A stretch of DNA of 42,384 nt from a virus, in IMG/VR virus record IMGVR_UViG_3300045988_017255. One strand, 5' to 3'. The position numbers and the translations under genes were made by a program. Below the pieces are notes generated by a model that was given only the letters and a program-made list of their open reading frames with translations, did no database searches and had not been told where the DNA came from. This document shows, piece by piece, positions 1-7,713 of this stretch (position 1 is the first letter of the stretch; the number at the start of each line of letters is the position of its first letter).

Positions 1-55
1 TATCTTGTGCAACAGCCCGGGCTCGACAAAAAAGATTTTACCATTCCTATGTAAT
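1..55. repeat. Terminal direct repeat, copy 1 (identical to 42330-42384)
   Basis: tatcttgtgcaacagcccgggctcgacaaaaaagattttaccattcctatgtaat occurs exactly at both window ends. Confidence 0.95.
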
Positions 56-62
56 TCCCCTT

Positions 63-1466
63 TTACTCTGTTTCCGTGTTTGGCTCATCCGTCATGTCCT
101 GCATCTTCGGCAGCGCCGCCTTTGCGGTCGCCTCGTCCTCGTTCATCCAGCGCATACGGAACTCCCAATCGTTCATGATGCCAGCGTTAAGTAGCTGCAC
201 GTCACGGTTAAAGTCCTGGCCCTTGTCCTCAATGATGGAATCGTCAAAGTCAATGGAGATCTGGACGTCCTCATTGAGGGATGCACCCATGTACCGATTT
301 CCCATGCGGAGCAAGCTCCGGCACAACTCTGTGATTGCCCGTTCAAGCACAATTTCATGTTTTTTGACCGTGCGGAACAGGGTGCTGTTCTCGCTGATGA
401 CCTGCGTGGCAGTTGCGATGCTCCCCTGGTTGAATTTGTAATGGTTCTCACCAAAACCGCACTTGCTGGACAGGATGTTCAACATATCTTGCATGCCGGT
501 GTTAAACTCCGCCGTCCGTAGCGACATATCGACCTGCTGCAAGATGTTGCCGTTGCCGCCTCTGTCCTCCGGAAGTACATAATAAACGGTCTCACGCTTA
601 TCAAACACTGGCCGACCGTCAATGCTCCGGGTTGCCTCCGGCTGCACCACAATGCGCTTCTTGCCCAACACAAATTCGTTCACATAGCTATCATAGGTGA
701 TGTCAACGCTCTTAAGCTGGTCGATGGCGTGGGCAAACGCAGCCACGCCAAGCGGGTTGTTTTCGTCAGAGTTTGCAATGTTCAGCCGGTCAATCACAAA
801 CTGCGGCTTGTCGCTGCCGGTATGAATCACCGGAGGAATTGTCTCAAACTCTTTCACGCTGGCCAGCGGTACTTCCTCCGCATCATACAGATGGTTCTCA
901 ATGTCATACTCGCCGTTGCGCAGCCGGTGCACCTGGATGTAAGTATATTCTGTGTCATCGACCTTCCGAGTGGATGCGAACGCACACTCGCGGATAACGC
1001 CGTTATCCCACGTAAGCGGGTAGATGTTCCCGGCACTGACGTAGTTGATGCGAATGCGGCCAGAGTCAATGATTTCTGCCGTATCTGGGTTAATTCCCAT
1101 ACCTTCCATCACCGGCACATACGCAACGGTTCCTACTGCCGCTTTGCGCTCCTGCGATTCGTTAGCCTTGACCTCCCAGTTGTTATCGGCAAAAACAGTA
1201 TCGATAAATTCCTGTTCCTGTTTGCCTTCAAGCGTGATGTTGACTCGCTCGTTCATTAAGAGGTTGGCCCAGTCCTCGCAGACTTTCTTTCCCATTCCCA
1301 CCGAATACCGGTGGCACTCCAGCTCTTCAATTCCATTCCACACCGTATAGCTGTGGAAATCTTCAACATTTCCCTTATACCATGCGTTCCAAAGGTCGAT
1401 CATGGAATAGAATTTATTGTCGACCGTGTCAAACCCAAGATCCTTTAATGCTCTCCGAATATTCAC
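63..1466 (-). CDS. Phage portal protein (SPP1 gp6 / A118-type)
   Basis: 467-aa ORF immediately downstream of terL. Length and N-terminus (YSMIDLWNAWYKG...) are typical of Firmicute siphovirus portals. Synteny is terS-terL-portal-MuF. Confidence 0.85.
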   Translation of the reverse strand: MNIRRALKDLGFDTVDNKFYSMIDLWNAWYKGNVEDFHSYTVWNGIEELECHRYSVGMGKKVCEDWANLLMNERVNITLEGKQEQEFIDTVFADNNWEVKANESQERKAAVGTVAYVPVMEGMGINPDTAEIIDSGRIRINYVSAGNIYPLTWDNGVIRECAFASTRKVDDTEYTYIQVHRLRNGEYDIENHLYDAEEVPLASVKEFETIPPVIHTGSDKPQFVIDRLNIANSDENNPLGVAAFAHAIDQLKSVDITYDSYVNEFVLGKKRIVVQPEATRSIDGRPVFDKRETVYYVLPEDRGGNGNILQQVDMSLRTAEFNTGMQDMLNILSSKCGFGENHYKFNQGSIATATQVISENSTLFRTVKKHEIVLERAITELCRSLLRMGNRYMGASLNEDVQISIDFDDSIIEDKGQDFNRDVQLLNAGIMNDWEFRMRWMNEDEATAKAALPKMQDMTDEPNTETE

Positions 1467-1470
1467 TATT

Positions 1471-2751
1471 TCACCGTCCCATCATGTGCCCGGCACGTTC
1501 CAGGTCTTTGTAATAAGGCTCAATGCTGTACTCAAAAGCATCCAAGCTGTCGATGTCGGACGTGCCGTCATCCAAGCGCTCGTCCTCAAATTTATCAGGA
1601 TCATAAATCGCGGTTTGCAGTGCATCGATCAGATGCGGGCAGTTGCGCGAAACCTTAAAACGACCCTGTTTCATCAGCAGCACCACAAGCCTGATTCTAT
1701 CTGTGATTTGCAGTTTCATTGCATTCTTGACCTGCGTTCCGATGTGCATTTTTTGCGCGGTATGATCTAACCCACGAATTAGCACCGTTTCCGCGCTATC
1801 CGCTCTTGTCTGGCTGTACCCATACTTTGACGTTATCAGCTGGCAGAACGTAGCAAAACGCCGGTTTAATGCATTCGGGTCAATCTCTTCGTTTTTGATG
1901 TATTCTTCTTCCAACGCCACAACACGGAAATCTTTTGTGATCCCGGTGGCTTGAAATTTCGTTGCGGACTTTGTACCACCGAAGTCAACGCCAATTGAAA
2001 TGATTGAAAAGCTGGTGCCGTTTTGCTTGGCCCACTCCAAAGGGTCTCCGATCAAATACTTTTCTGTATCGTTGGCAAAGTCCTTATAAACAATGCCCTC
2101 TGCCGCTACCCACAGGCCGCGCACATACCGGTCATAAAATATACCGGCATACATATTCTCGTACCGTTCGAGGGTGCGCTTGCTCAGGCCGGGGTTGTCC
2201 GTCATTTCAAAGTGTAGATACAGTGCGTTGCGCTCACGGCTTCGCTTGATCCACTCCTGATAGAACCAGTGATGTGGACTGCCGGGGTTACAGGAGAACC
2301 ACAACCGCGCACCGTCAACGGAACAACGTGCAAGCGCCTGTTCCACAAACGAGCGCGGCATCAGCACCACTTCGTCCAGCAGCACACCCGCCAGCGTCCG
2401 GCCTTGGATCAGTGTATAGCTTGCCTCGTCCTTTCCACCGAACACTTCAAAGTAATTCGTCACGGCTCCGCGCCGCACTTCCATCACCTTGTCACCGCGC
2501 CGCCAGCGGATGATATAACGTTCCTTTGCAAGGCTCATCGCTGTGAACGGCACGATGATATTCTTGGTGCAGCTATCCACCGTGCGCCCGCACACGCCGA
2601 AGCGCTGACCGCTGAAATTTTCCATTGCCCAGCGCACAAACGCCCACATCATGATGGAGGTCTTGCCGGAACGCACAGCACCATCGCAGATAAGCGCGTC
2701 GTATTTGGAATACGGAAAGGCCATGATTTTCTGCTGCTTTTCTGAAATCAT
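1471..2751 (-). CDS. terL: Terminase large subunit (PBSX/Terminase_3-like)
   Basis: 426 aa with Walker A-like DGAVRSGKT near the N-terminus. The ATPase plus nuclease length is right, and it lies between terS and portal. Confidence 0.9.
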   Translation of the reverse strand: MISEKQQKIMAFPYSKYDALICDGAVRSGKTSIMMWAFVRWAMENFSGQRFGVCGRTVDSCTKNIIVPFTAMSLAKERYIIRWRRGDKVMEVRRGAVTNYFEVFGGKDEASYTLIQGRTLAGVLLDEVVLMPRSFVEQALARCSVDGARLWFSCNPGSPHHWFYQEWIKRSRERNALYLHFEMTDNPGLSKRTLERYENMYAGIFYDRYVRGLWVAAEGIVYKDFANDTEKYLIGDPLEWAKQNGTSFSIISIGVDFGGTKSATKFQATGITKDFRVVALEEEYIKNEEIDPNALNRRFATFCQLITSKYGYSQTRADSAETVLIRGLDHTAQKMHIGTQVKNAMKLQITDRIRLVVLLMKQGRFKVSRNCPHLIDALQTAIYDPDKFEDERLDDGTSDIDSLDAFEYSIEPYYKDLERAGHMMGR

Positions 2752-3026
2752 AGGACAGCCTCATAACTCACGTGAAAAATCTCGCTCTTACATGGATAAA
2801 TTTCTCCATTTACGCCCCGAATAATATAATCTCCGGCTTTAGCAATCATTGTTCCTTCAAGCGTCTTTATCTCGCACCATGCCGGATTCGGATAATGCTT
2901 GCCAAAGTCATGGGTAACAATTGTATTTTCCGAAACTGCATTCCAAAACCAATCTTCTCCGACAAACCCTCTTGCGTTTAACTGAAATGCTTCAATAACA
3001 ACCGGCTTTTTTCTATATTTACCCAT
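2748..3026 (-). CDS. Small conserved phage protein (KKPVVIEA... / GDY-type beta-barrel), function unknown
   Basis: I place the start at the ATG at 3026 (MGKYRKKPVVIEAFQ...), which overlaps the terS stop by 8 nt. The track ORF extends to a GTG at 3053. The stop overlaps the terL start. Confidence 0.6.
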   Translation of the reverse strand: MGKYRKKPVVIEAFQLNARGFVGEDWFWNAVSENTIVTHDFGKHYPNPAWCEIKTLEGTMIAKAGDYIIRGVNGEIYPCKSEIFHVSYEAVL

Positions 3027-3387
3027 CGCTCTCCAACCCTTCTGCCATTTCACGCAGACTCACACTCAATGCGTCATCCTGCGTGTTGTCAGTCGGCAAA
3101 CCCAGCTCAACAATATCGCGCTGCCCAAGGTACTGTTTCCCCAGCCAAATAGCCATGCTTGCGTTCTTTGCCGCAAGCTGCCACTGGCTCCGACGCAGCG
3201 AAATTTTCCCCGCTCCCCGCTTTTGTTTAAATACCTCGGAAAAACTGGCATGATAGGTGCGTTTACACCAACTATCCAATGTTTTATCAGTCACATCAAA
3301 CCAGCCGCAGATTTCCTCAAGCGTGCATTGCAGGCCGCAGAGGTTCTCGAACTGCTTCTGGTCTATTTCCTTTCTTGGCCTTGCCAT
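3019..3387 (-). CDS. terS: Terminase small subunit (HTH-type)
   Basis: Begins MARPRKEIDQKQFENLCGLQCTLEEICGWF..., a typical N-terminal HTH of a TerS. GGAGG lies 6 nt upstream of the ATG at 3387. It sits directly upstream of terL. Confidence 0.7.
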   Translation of the reverse strand: MARPRKEIDQKQFENLCGLQCTLEEICGWFDVTDKTLDSWCKRTYHASFSEVFKQKRGAGKISLRRSQWQLAAKNASMAIWLGKQYLGQRDIVELGLPTDNTQDDALSVSLREMAEGLESDG

Positions 3388-3482
3388 ACGCACCCTCCTT
3401 TCTCTGCTGGCGTTTAATAAACTTCTCCATGTCCCGCTTTAGGTGCGGGCTGCTTGTTTTTTCGATGATCGCCCGCGCTTCT

Positions 3483-4676
3483 TCAATCGTCATGCAGAAG
3501 CACCGCCTTTTCTCCGGTAAACTTCTCCCACCGGTCAATAATGACATCGGCATACTTCGGATCGTACTCCATGCAGAAAGCGTGTCTGCCATTCTGCTCC
3601 GCTGCCATAATCGTTGTTCCAGATCCAGCGAACAGGTCGAGAACATTCTCACCCGGCTTACTGGAGCACTGCATCTGGTAATCAAACAGCTTAATCGGCT
3701 TCATGGTCGGATGCTCCGCAGACTTGACGGGCTTATCAAAATTCAGCACGGTTGTCTGCCTGCGGTTCTTGAAGAAGTAGTGCTTCTTGCCTTCCGTCCA
3801 TCCGTACAGGCAAGGTTCGTGCGCTTCCTCTTCAATCTCGCTCTCACCATACAGGCAAGGCTCATGTTTCCACTGGAAATCCTGTCTCCCCATAACAAGG
3901 GAGTTTTTCACCCAGATCAGGCACTGCCGGACACGCAGCATCGCATCTCTGCATGCGCCTCGGAAGTTATACCCCTCGCTGTCTGCGTGCCAGATGTAGA
4001 ACGGAGCACCGGGCTTCATGACCATCGCCGCATTGGAGAACGCATCCGTCAGGAAACGCCTGAAGGCCGTATCCTCCATATTGTCGTTCTTAATCTTCCC
4101 GGCGGTGCCCTGATAGTCCACATTGTACGGAGGATCGGTGAGAAGAAGATCGATTTGTGCCCCCCCCACAAGCTTTTGTACATCAGTCAGAGATGTACTG
4201 TCTCCGCACATCAAGCGATGGTCTCCAAGCTGATACACATCGCCCAGCTTGCTCTTCGGCTCTGCCGGTAAAACAGGATCGTAGTTGTCCTCTACCACTG
4301 ACGTGTCGAGTTCATCACGCAGACCCCAATCAAAGTCAAAAGCAGACAAGTCAAGCCCCGGCAGCTCATCAGCCAGCAGGTCAAAGTCCCAGTCGCTCTC
4401 GTTTCTCTTGTTATCCACCAGCCGCAGGGCGTTCACCTGTTCCGGTGTCAGATCGTCCACGCAGACGCAAGGTACTTCTTCCATGCCCAGCTTCTCTGCC
4501 GCCAGAGCGCGGCAGTGGCCGATTACAATCACACCGTCACGGTCAATCACAATCGGCTGCACAAAGCCGTATTGCTTGATGCTCTCCGCAACGTTTTTGA
4601 TTTGCCGTTTATCATGCTTTTTTGCGTTGCTGGCATACGGCACAATATCCGCAAGCCGCCGTTTTGTGATTTCCAT
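3483..4676 (-). CDS. ParB-like nuclease domain fused to a DNA methyltransferase (DPPY motif)
   Basis: The N-terminus (VPYASNAKKHD...QYGFVQPIVID) is ParB/Srx-like. LLLTDPPYNV is catalytic motif IV and DLFAGSGTT is the AdoMet motif I. ATG at 4676 has a GGAGGA SD upstream. Confidence 0.85.
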   Translation of the reverse strand: MEITKRRLADIVPYASNAKKHDKRQIKNVAESIKQYGFVQPIVIDRDGVIVIGHCRALAAEKLGMEEVPCVCVDDLTPEQVNALRLVDNKRNESDWDFDLLADELPGLDLSAFDFDWGLRDELDTSVVEDNYDPVLPAEPKSKLGDVYQLGDHRLMCGDSTSLTDVQKLVGGAQIDLLLTDPPYNVDYQGTAGKIKNDNMEDTAFRRFLTDAFSNAAMVMKPGAPFYIWHADSEGYNFRGACRDAMLRVRQCLIWVKNSLVMGRQDFQWKHEPCLYGESEIEEEAHEPCLYGWTEGKKHYFFKNRRQTTVLNFDKPVKSAEHPTMKPIKLFDYQMQCSSKPGENVLDLFAGSGTTIMAAEQNGRHAFCMEYDPKYADVIIDRWEKFTGEKAVLLHDD

Positions 4677-4796
4677 GCTTTCCTCCTTGTTTGTCACCAG
4701 CCCCCACCCCTTGGCTACAGTAACAGTCTTTACCCTCCCATGCGGGCCTCTTGGACCTCTCAAACATGGGCTACACACTATTTTTGATATTTTCTA

Positions 4797-4825
4797 TTGA
4801 CAGAATGAATCGGATAGTATATGAT
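4797..4825 (+). promoter_or_regulatory. Sigma-70-type promoter (TTGACA-N17-TATGAT) pointing away from the late genes
   Basis: TTGACA at 4797-4802, a 17-nt spacer, TATGAT at 4820-4825. No ORF follows. Confidence 0.55.
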
Positions 4826-4831
4826 TGACTT

Positions 4832-4948
4832 GTCCGATGCAGGAGGCGCTTGCATCGGTGGGAAATTCGATCCTATTTCCCGTGGATTGAAATGCTAAAA
4901 ACAGTATGCTGGGGAAAAAGAGCGGAGTTCCCGCTCTTTTTTCTTTTT
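4832..4948 (+). ncRNA. Candidate ~115-nt small RNA, antisense to the late-operon leader
   Basis: Consensus-like promoter upstream. Two perfect hairpins (CCGATGCA...TGCATCGG at about 4843-4867; GGGAAAT...ATTTCCC at about 4860-4882). Ends at an intrinsic terminator with a T-run at 4938-4948. Confidence 0.4.
4915..4948. terminator. Bidirectional intrinsic terminator
   Basis: Stem AGAGCGG / CCGCTCT (4919-4925 / 4931-4937), extended by A/T pairs. T-run on the plus side and TTTTT on the minus side. Confidence 0.7.
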
Positions 4949-5222
4949 ATTGTGCGGCATATGTCCCCTCTGGGTCACATCGTTGAGAGGTGCGAGGGGT
5001 CCTGTTGGTGCCGTGTGGGAGGTGCGACCTCCCGCCCCAGATCGCGGGGTGCAACGAGCGCACGGCATATAACAACAGCCCATAGGTTTCCCTACAGGCT
5101 GTTTGTGCCGGTACGCCCGTTTCCGAGTCCGCTTGCGCGGTGCGCCCAATACCGGCGGCGCATAGAAGGGAGGAAAAGTGATGATTGGGAAAACACGTGG
5201 ATGCCACTGTCCTATCATCCAC
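4915..5222 (-). ncRNA. Structured leader RNA of the late operon (GNRA-capped helices, ends at the terminator)
   Basis: No credible ORF. Nested helices, with three GNRA tetraloops (GCAA, GAAA, GAAA) only when read on the minus strand. A possible -10 TACAAT lies at 5230-5235. See findings. Confidence 0.45.
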
Positions 5223-5243
5223 TGTACCTATTGTAGCACATCA

Positions 5244-5708
5244 TTAAGTGGAATTTGTGCCATCTTTTGTGTAAAGACCACTGTATTTTGCCACATCCAT
5301 CAAAAATTGCTCCTTCCTCCGACTGAATGTCCTCTCGCTGATCCCCGGGATCACGATCCGATTACGGGCATACTTGTGCTTGCCTTGGCAGTTGCGCATA
5401 ATGCCATATATTAGCTGCCGCCGGATTGTATCGCTGCCGATATCTCTGCCGCAGCGGTCTATAGCGTATTCCACCGCCAGCATCTTCTGCGTCTCCGGCC
5501 ATCGCTCTATGGCGGCCAGCTGCTCCGCCTTGCTCTCGGCGGGTCTGCCAGCACCCGGTCCAGTTGGCATGCCCTCTGTGGCACTATGCGTCCCGTCCAA
5601 GATCTCCGCCCGGGCCTCGCGATACGCCCGCACCCGGCGCGGATACCCACGCACATAAGCAATGCACTCCAACCGCACATCATAAGGCAGTGTCGCCTTT
5701 TTGCTCAT
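5244..5708 (-). CDS. Putative late-gene transcription regulator (sigma-70 region-4-like HTH; RinA/ArpU-type position)
   Basis: 154 aa. It is the last gene before the packaging module. The C-terminal GISERTFSRRKEQFLMDVAKYSG resembles a region-4 HTH. Confidence 0.45.
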   Translation of the reverse strand: MSKKATLPYDVRLECIAYVRGYPRRVRAYREARAEILDGTHSATEGMPTGPGAGRPAESKAEQLAAIERWPETQKMLAVEYAIDRCGRDIGSDTIRRQLIYGIMRNCQGKHKYARNRIVIPGISERTFSRRKEQFLMDVAKYSGLYTKDGTNST

Positions 5709-5718
5709 TTGCCCTCCT

Positions 5719-6012
5719 TTACTCCGCGCTGTTTACCATCTTATATTCGCCCCGCAGGGCCTTTTCGATGTCCGCCATCTTTACATAGCCGTTGTTTTTT
5801 GCCTCCACAAGCTCCACAAGGCATTGCTGGAGGTATTCCAGGCTGCGGGTGTCGTGCTCGTCTGCCGTCTCCTCCCGCACATGGAACCCGCACTTGTCCA
5901 GCAGTACGCAGGAAACATTGTCCATGCATTGTTTGGTGCCATCCAGGCGCCCCAGCTCGTATGCCTTGGCCGGATTATTTGGCACCGGCTTCCCATTAAC
6001 TCTCTTGAGCAT
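5719..6012 (-). CDS. Hypothetical protein
   Basis: ATG at 6012 (MLKRVNGKPVPNN...) with a GAGGTGA SD. Translationally coupled to its neighbours. Confidence 0.6.
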   Translation of the reverse strand: MLKRVNGKPVPNNPAKAYELGRLDGTKQCMDNVSCVLLDKCGFHVREETADEHDTRSLEYLQQCLVELVEAKNNGYVKMADIEKALRGEYKMVNSAE

Positions 6013-6139
6013 CGCAGTCACCTCTATTCTCGAACCGGCACACGCCGGGATAATTGGCCACCGGGCAATAGTCCGCGCACGCTGGGCAATCCGCATTGAC
6101 GCATATTTCGTCCTGCATCCATTTGCAGTCATCAAGCAT
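5996..6139 (-). CDS. Small Cys-rich protein (47 aa)
   Basis: MLDDCKWMQDEICVNADCPACADYCP... ATG at 6139 overlaps the upstream stop by 8 nt. GGTGA SD. Confidence 0.5.
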   Translation of the reverse strand: MLDDCKWMQDEICVNADCPACADYCPVANYPGVCRFENRGDCDAQES

Positions 6140-6407
6140 CGGTTTCACCGTCCTTCCGTTCGCCGTAGGAGCAGAAATCGTCCGGCTTTCGCTTCTGGAA
6201 CCCGCAAATAATGCAGCTCCCGCCAAACTCATGCTTGCAGTCCTTACACCGCACCACGGGGGCGGCGTCCACGGTGGGGAGCTGCTCTGCATACTCCAAC
6301 ACCGTTTCAATGCCGTTTATAAAATGCTTGTTGCCGTTCTTTCTGTCGTAATGATTGCGACGGATGGGAAATTGCATCAATGCGCCTCGCTCGATGTATT
6401 CAGCCAT
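6132..6407 (-). CDS. Hypothetical phage protein (MAEYIERGA... / C-terminal CxxC pairs)
   Basis: 91 aa. VVRCKDCKH...CIICG gives a zinc-ribbon-like C-terminus. Overlapping start/stop with neighbours. Confidence 0.65.
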   Translation of the reverse strand: MAEYIERGALMQFPIRRNHYDRKNGNKHFINGIETVLEYAEQLPTVDAAPVVRCKDCKHEFGGSCIICGFQKRKPDDFCSYGERKDGETDA

Positions 6408-6603
6408 TGTCGTCCTCCTCCTGTTTCAGCTCTCGCACAGTCTGATGGATACGATTAGCGCAGGCAGGGCATATTTCATCCACAGCCAATATGTTCGGGT
6501 CGCTTGCGTAGGGGATGCGTGCGTTGTTCTCCACGCTGACCCTATAAGTTTCCTGGAAATTGTGCATTTCTTTTCCACAAAGATCACAAAAATGCTTCGT
6601 CAT
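6400..6603 (-). CDS. Small zinc-ribbon protein
   Basis: 67 aa with CDLCG ... CPAC pairs. Coupled to its neighbours by 4-8 nt overlaps. Confidence 0.6.
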   Translation of the reverse strand: MTKHFCDLCGKEMHNFQETYRVSVENNARIPYASDPNILAVDEICPACANRIHQTVRELKQEEDDNG

Positions 6604-6803
6604 GTTCTTTCCTCCCTTCCGTAAAATGCCTCTAAGTCATCCTGTGCTTTTTTCACGAAATCAGGGCAAACTACGCACTCCGGCAACGGGTCATCCGTCA
6701 TCGGGTCAACCAGTCCGAGACAGTAGATGCGGTCTTTCTTGCCGTCGTTCCATTCGTGAGACGGGCGTCCTCGCTTGCCCAGCGCACACTTAACCGTTGC
6801 CAT
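6600..6803 (-). CDS. Hypothetical protein (67 aa)
   Basis: ORF in the co-oriented early array. ATGA-type overlap with the downstream gene. Confidence 0.55.
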   Translation of the reverse strand: MATVKCALGKRGRPSHEWNDGKKDRIYCLGLVDPMTDDPLPECVVCPDFVKKAQDDLEAFYGREERT

Positions 6804-6805
6804 TG

Positions 6806-7000
6806 TCAGCCCTCCTCACAGTAAAATCGGGAAATATCATCCATACGCCAGCGAACCGTGTCAGAAATCAAGGAGTATAGATACCCCCCTTCCATGTGTA
6901 CGGTCTTCACACCGTATATCTGCCGCGGATTCGTGAAATGCCCGAATTGCTTTTTCATGTGTTCCTCAATCTCTTCCTTGAAGATAATAGTCAGCTTCAT
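6806..7000 (-). CDS. Hypothetical protein (64 aa)
   Basis: ATG at 7000 (MKLTIIFKEE...) overlaps the stop of the ASCH gene (ATGA). Confidence 0.5.
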   Translation of the reverse strand: MKLTIIFKEEIEEHMKKQFGHFTNPRQIYGVKTVHMEGGYLYSLISDTVRWRMDDISRFYCEEG

Positions 7001-7584
7001 TCCAGCGCCTCCACATAGCACCAGCTTTGGGGCGGGCGCTCTAAAAAGCATCCTGAATTTTTGCAATCAGGGCAGTCTCTTTTTGCAAGCCCAAGATCAG
7101 CATAAAAACAGTCGCGGTTGTTTTTCTTGAACTCTCGTAACTCTCGCGGCTTATCGTAGATTTTAAGGTCGGAGATGTGCCAACCATAGAGAAACGGCGC
7201 TTTTGCCCCATAAGCGTTGAGTTTTTCTTTTGAAACACACGACGCAGATATGGCTTTGATTTCGGTTTCAATATCGTCATTACCCCATTCGTTGAGCGAG
7301 AGGTAACAATAATCGAAATTTTCAGGTATTCCACGCTTACCAATTTCGTAAATCCGGTCACAGGTAAACTCCCCAATTACCTTGCCTCCGCCATAAAACT
7401 GTGGCTTTGGATAATCCGTTGCAATAAAGTCCTCGTGCGGGTACTTCGGCAGTGTACAGTAGATGTACACCTTGAACGGCGTTTCCAGTTTCGGGCGCGT
7501 CTTGCGGACCTCAATAGTCTTTTCCCCGCTGCAAATTTTCTCGCACCACTTCGGGCGGATGCTCAGCATAACAGCCTTACTCAT
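6997..7584 (-). CDS. ASCH (PUA-like) domain protein
   Basis: MSKAVMLSIRPKWCEKICSGEKTIEVRK is the characteristic ASCH N-terminus. Start placed at 7584. Confidence 0.65.
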   Translation of the reverse strand: MSKAVMLSIRPKWCEKICSGEKTIEVRKTRPKLETPFKVYIYCTLPKYPHEDFIATDYPKPQFYGGGKVIGEFTCDRIYEIGKRGIPENFDYCYLSLNEWGNDDIETEIKAISASCVSKEKLNAYGAKAPFLYGWHISDLKIYDKPRELREFKKNNRDCFYADLGLAKRDCPDCKNSGCFLERPPQSWCYVEALE

Positions 7585-7700
7585 TTCTTCATCGCCTCCA
7601 ATGCTTTCTCCGCCTCCTCGTGGGTGAGGAATACGGTCCACACCTCACTCATGGTGCCGCACATTCTGTTCCGCTCCTCAATAAACTTCACAGCATCCAT
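7581..7700 (-). CDS. Small hypothetical protein (39 aa, below the ORF-track cutoff)
   Basis: MDAVKFIEERNRMCGTMSEVWTVFLTHEEAEKALEAMKK. GGAGGG SD 8 nt upstream. The stop overlaps the next start (ATGA). Confidence 0.45.
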   Translation of the reverse strand: MDAVKFIEERNRMCGTMSEVWTVFLTHEEAEKALEAMKK

Positions 7701-7713
7701 ATTGTCAGCCCTC

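Noticed and set aside
3317-3493. 58-aa minus-strand ORF (MTIEEARAIIEKTSSPHLKRDMEKFIKRQQRKEG...) between the MTase and terS.
   Set aside because: It would overlap terS by about 70 nt in another frame and has only a distant, weak SD. It could be real, but the evidence is insufficient.
3279-4271. Long plus-strand ORFs antisense to minus-strand genes. Examples: 3279-4271, 10412-11314, 12085-13026, 14837-15715, 26368-27201, 32231-33289 and 38251-39345.
   Set aside because: They overlap well-supported minus-strand genes with recognisable motifs and lack SD sequences. Their Arg/Pro/Ala/Gly-rich composition is typical of shadow ORFs in GC-rich DNA.
4850-5236. Plus-strand 128-aa ORF covering the intergenic region.
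   Set aside because: It reads straight through a strong intrinsic terminator and the hairpin-dense region. It has a TTG start only 3 nt after the SD. It is very unlikely to be coding.
5178-5414. Plus-strand 78-aa ORF preceded by a strong SD-like GAAGGGAGGAAAAGTGATG.
   Set aside because: Most of it overlaps the 3' end of the minus-strand regulator gene, and the product is Cys/His-rich nonsense-like. The GGGAGG is more simply the complement of a CU-rich stretch in the minus-strand leader RNA.
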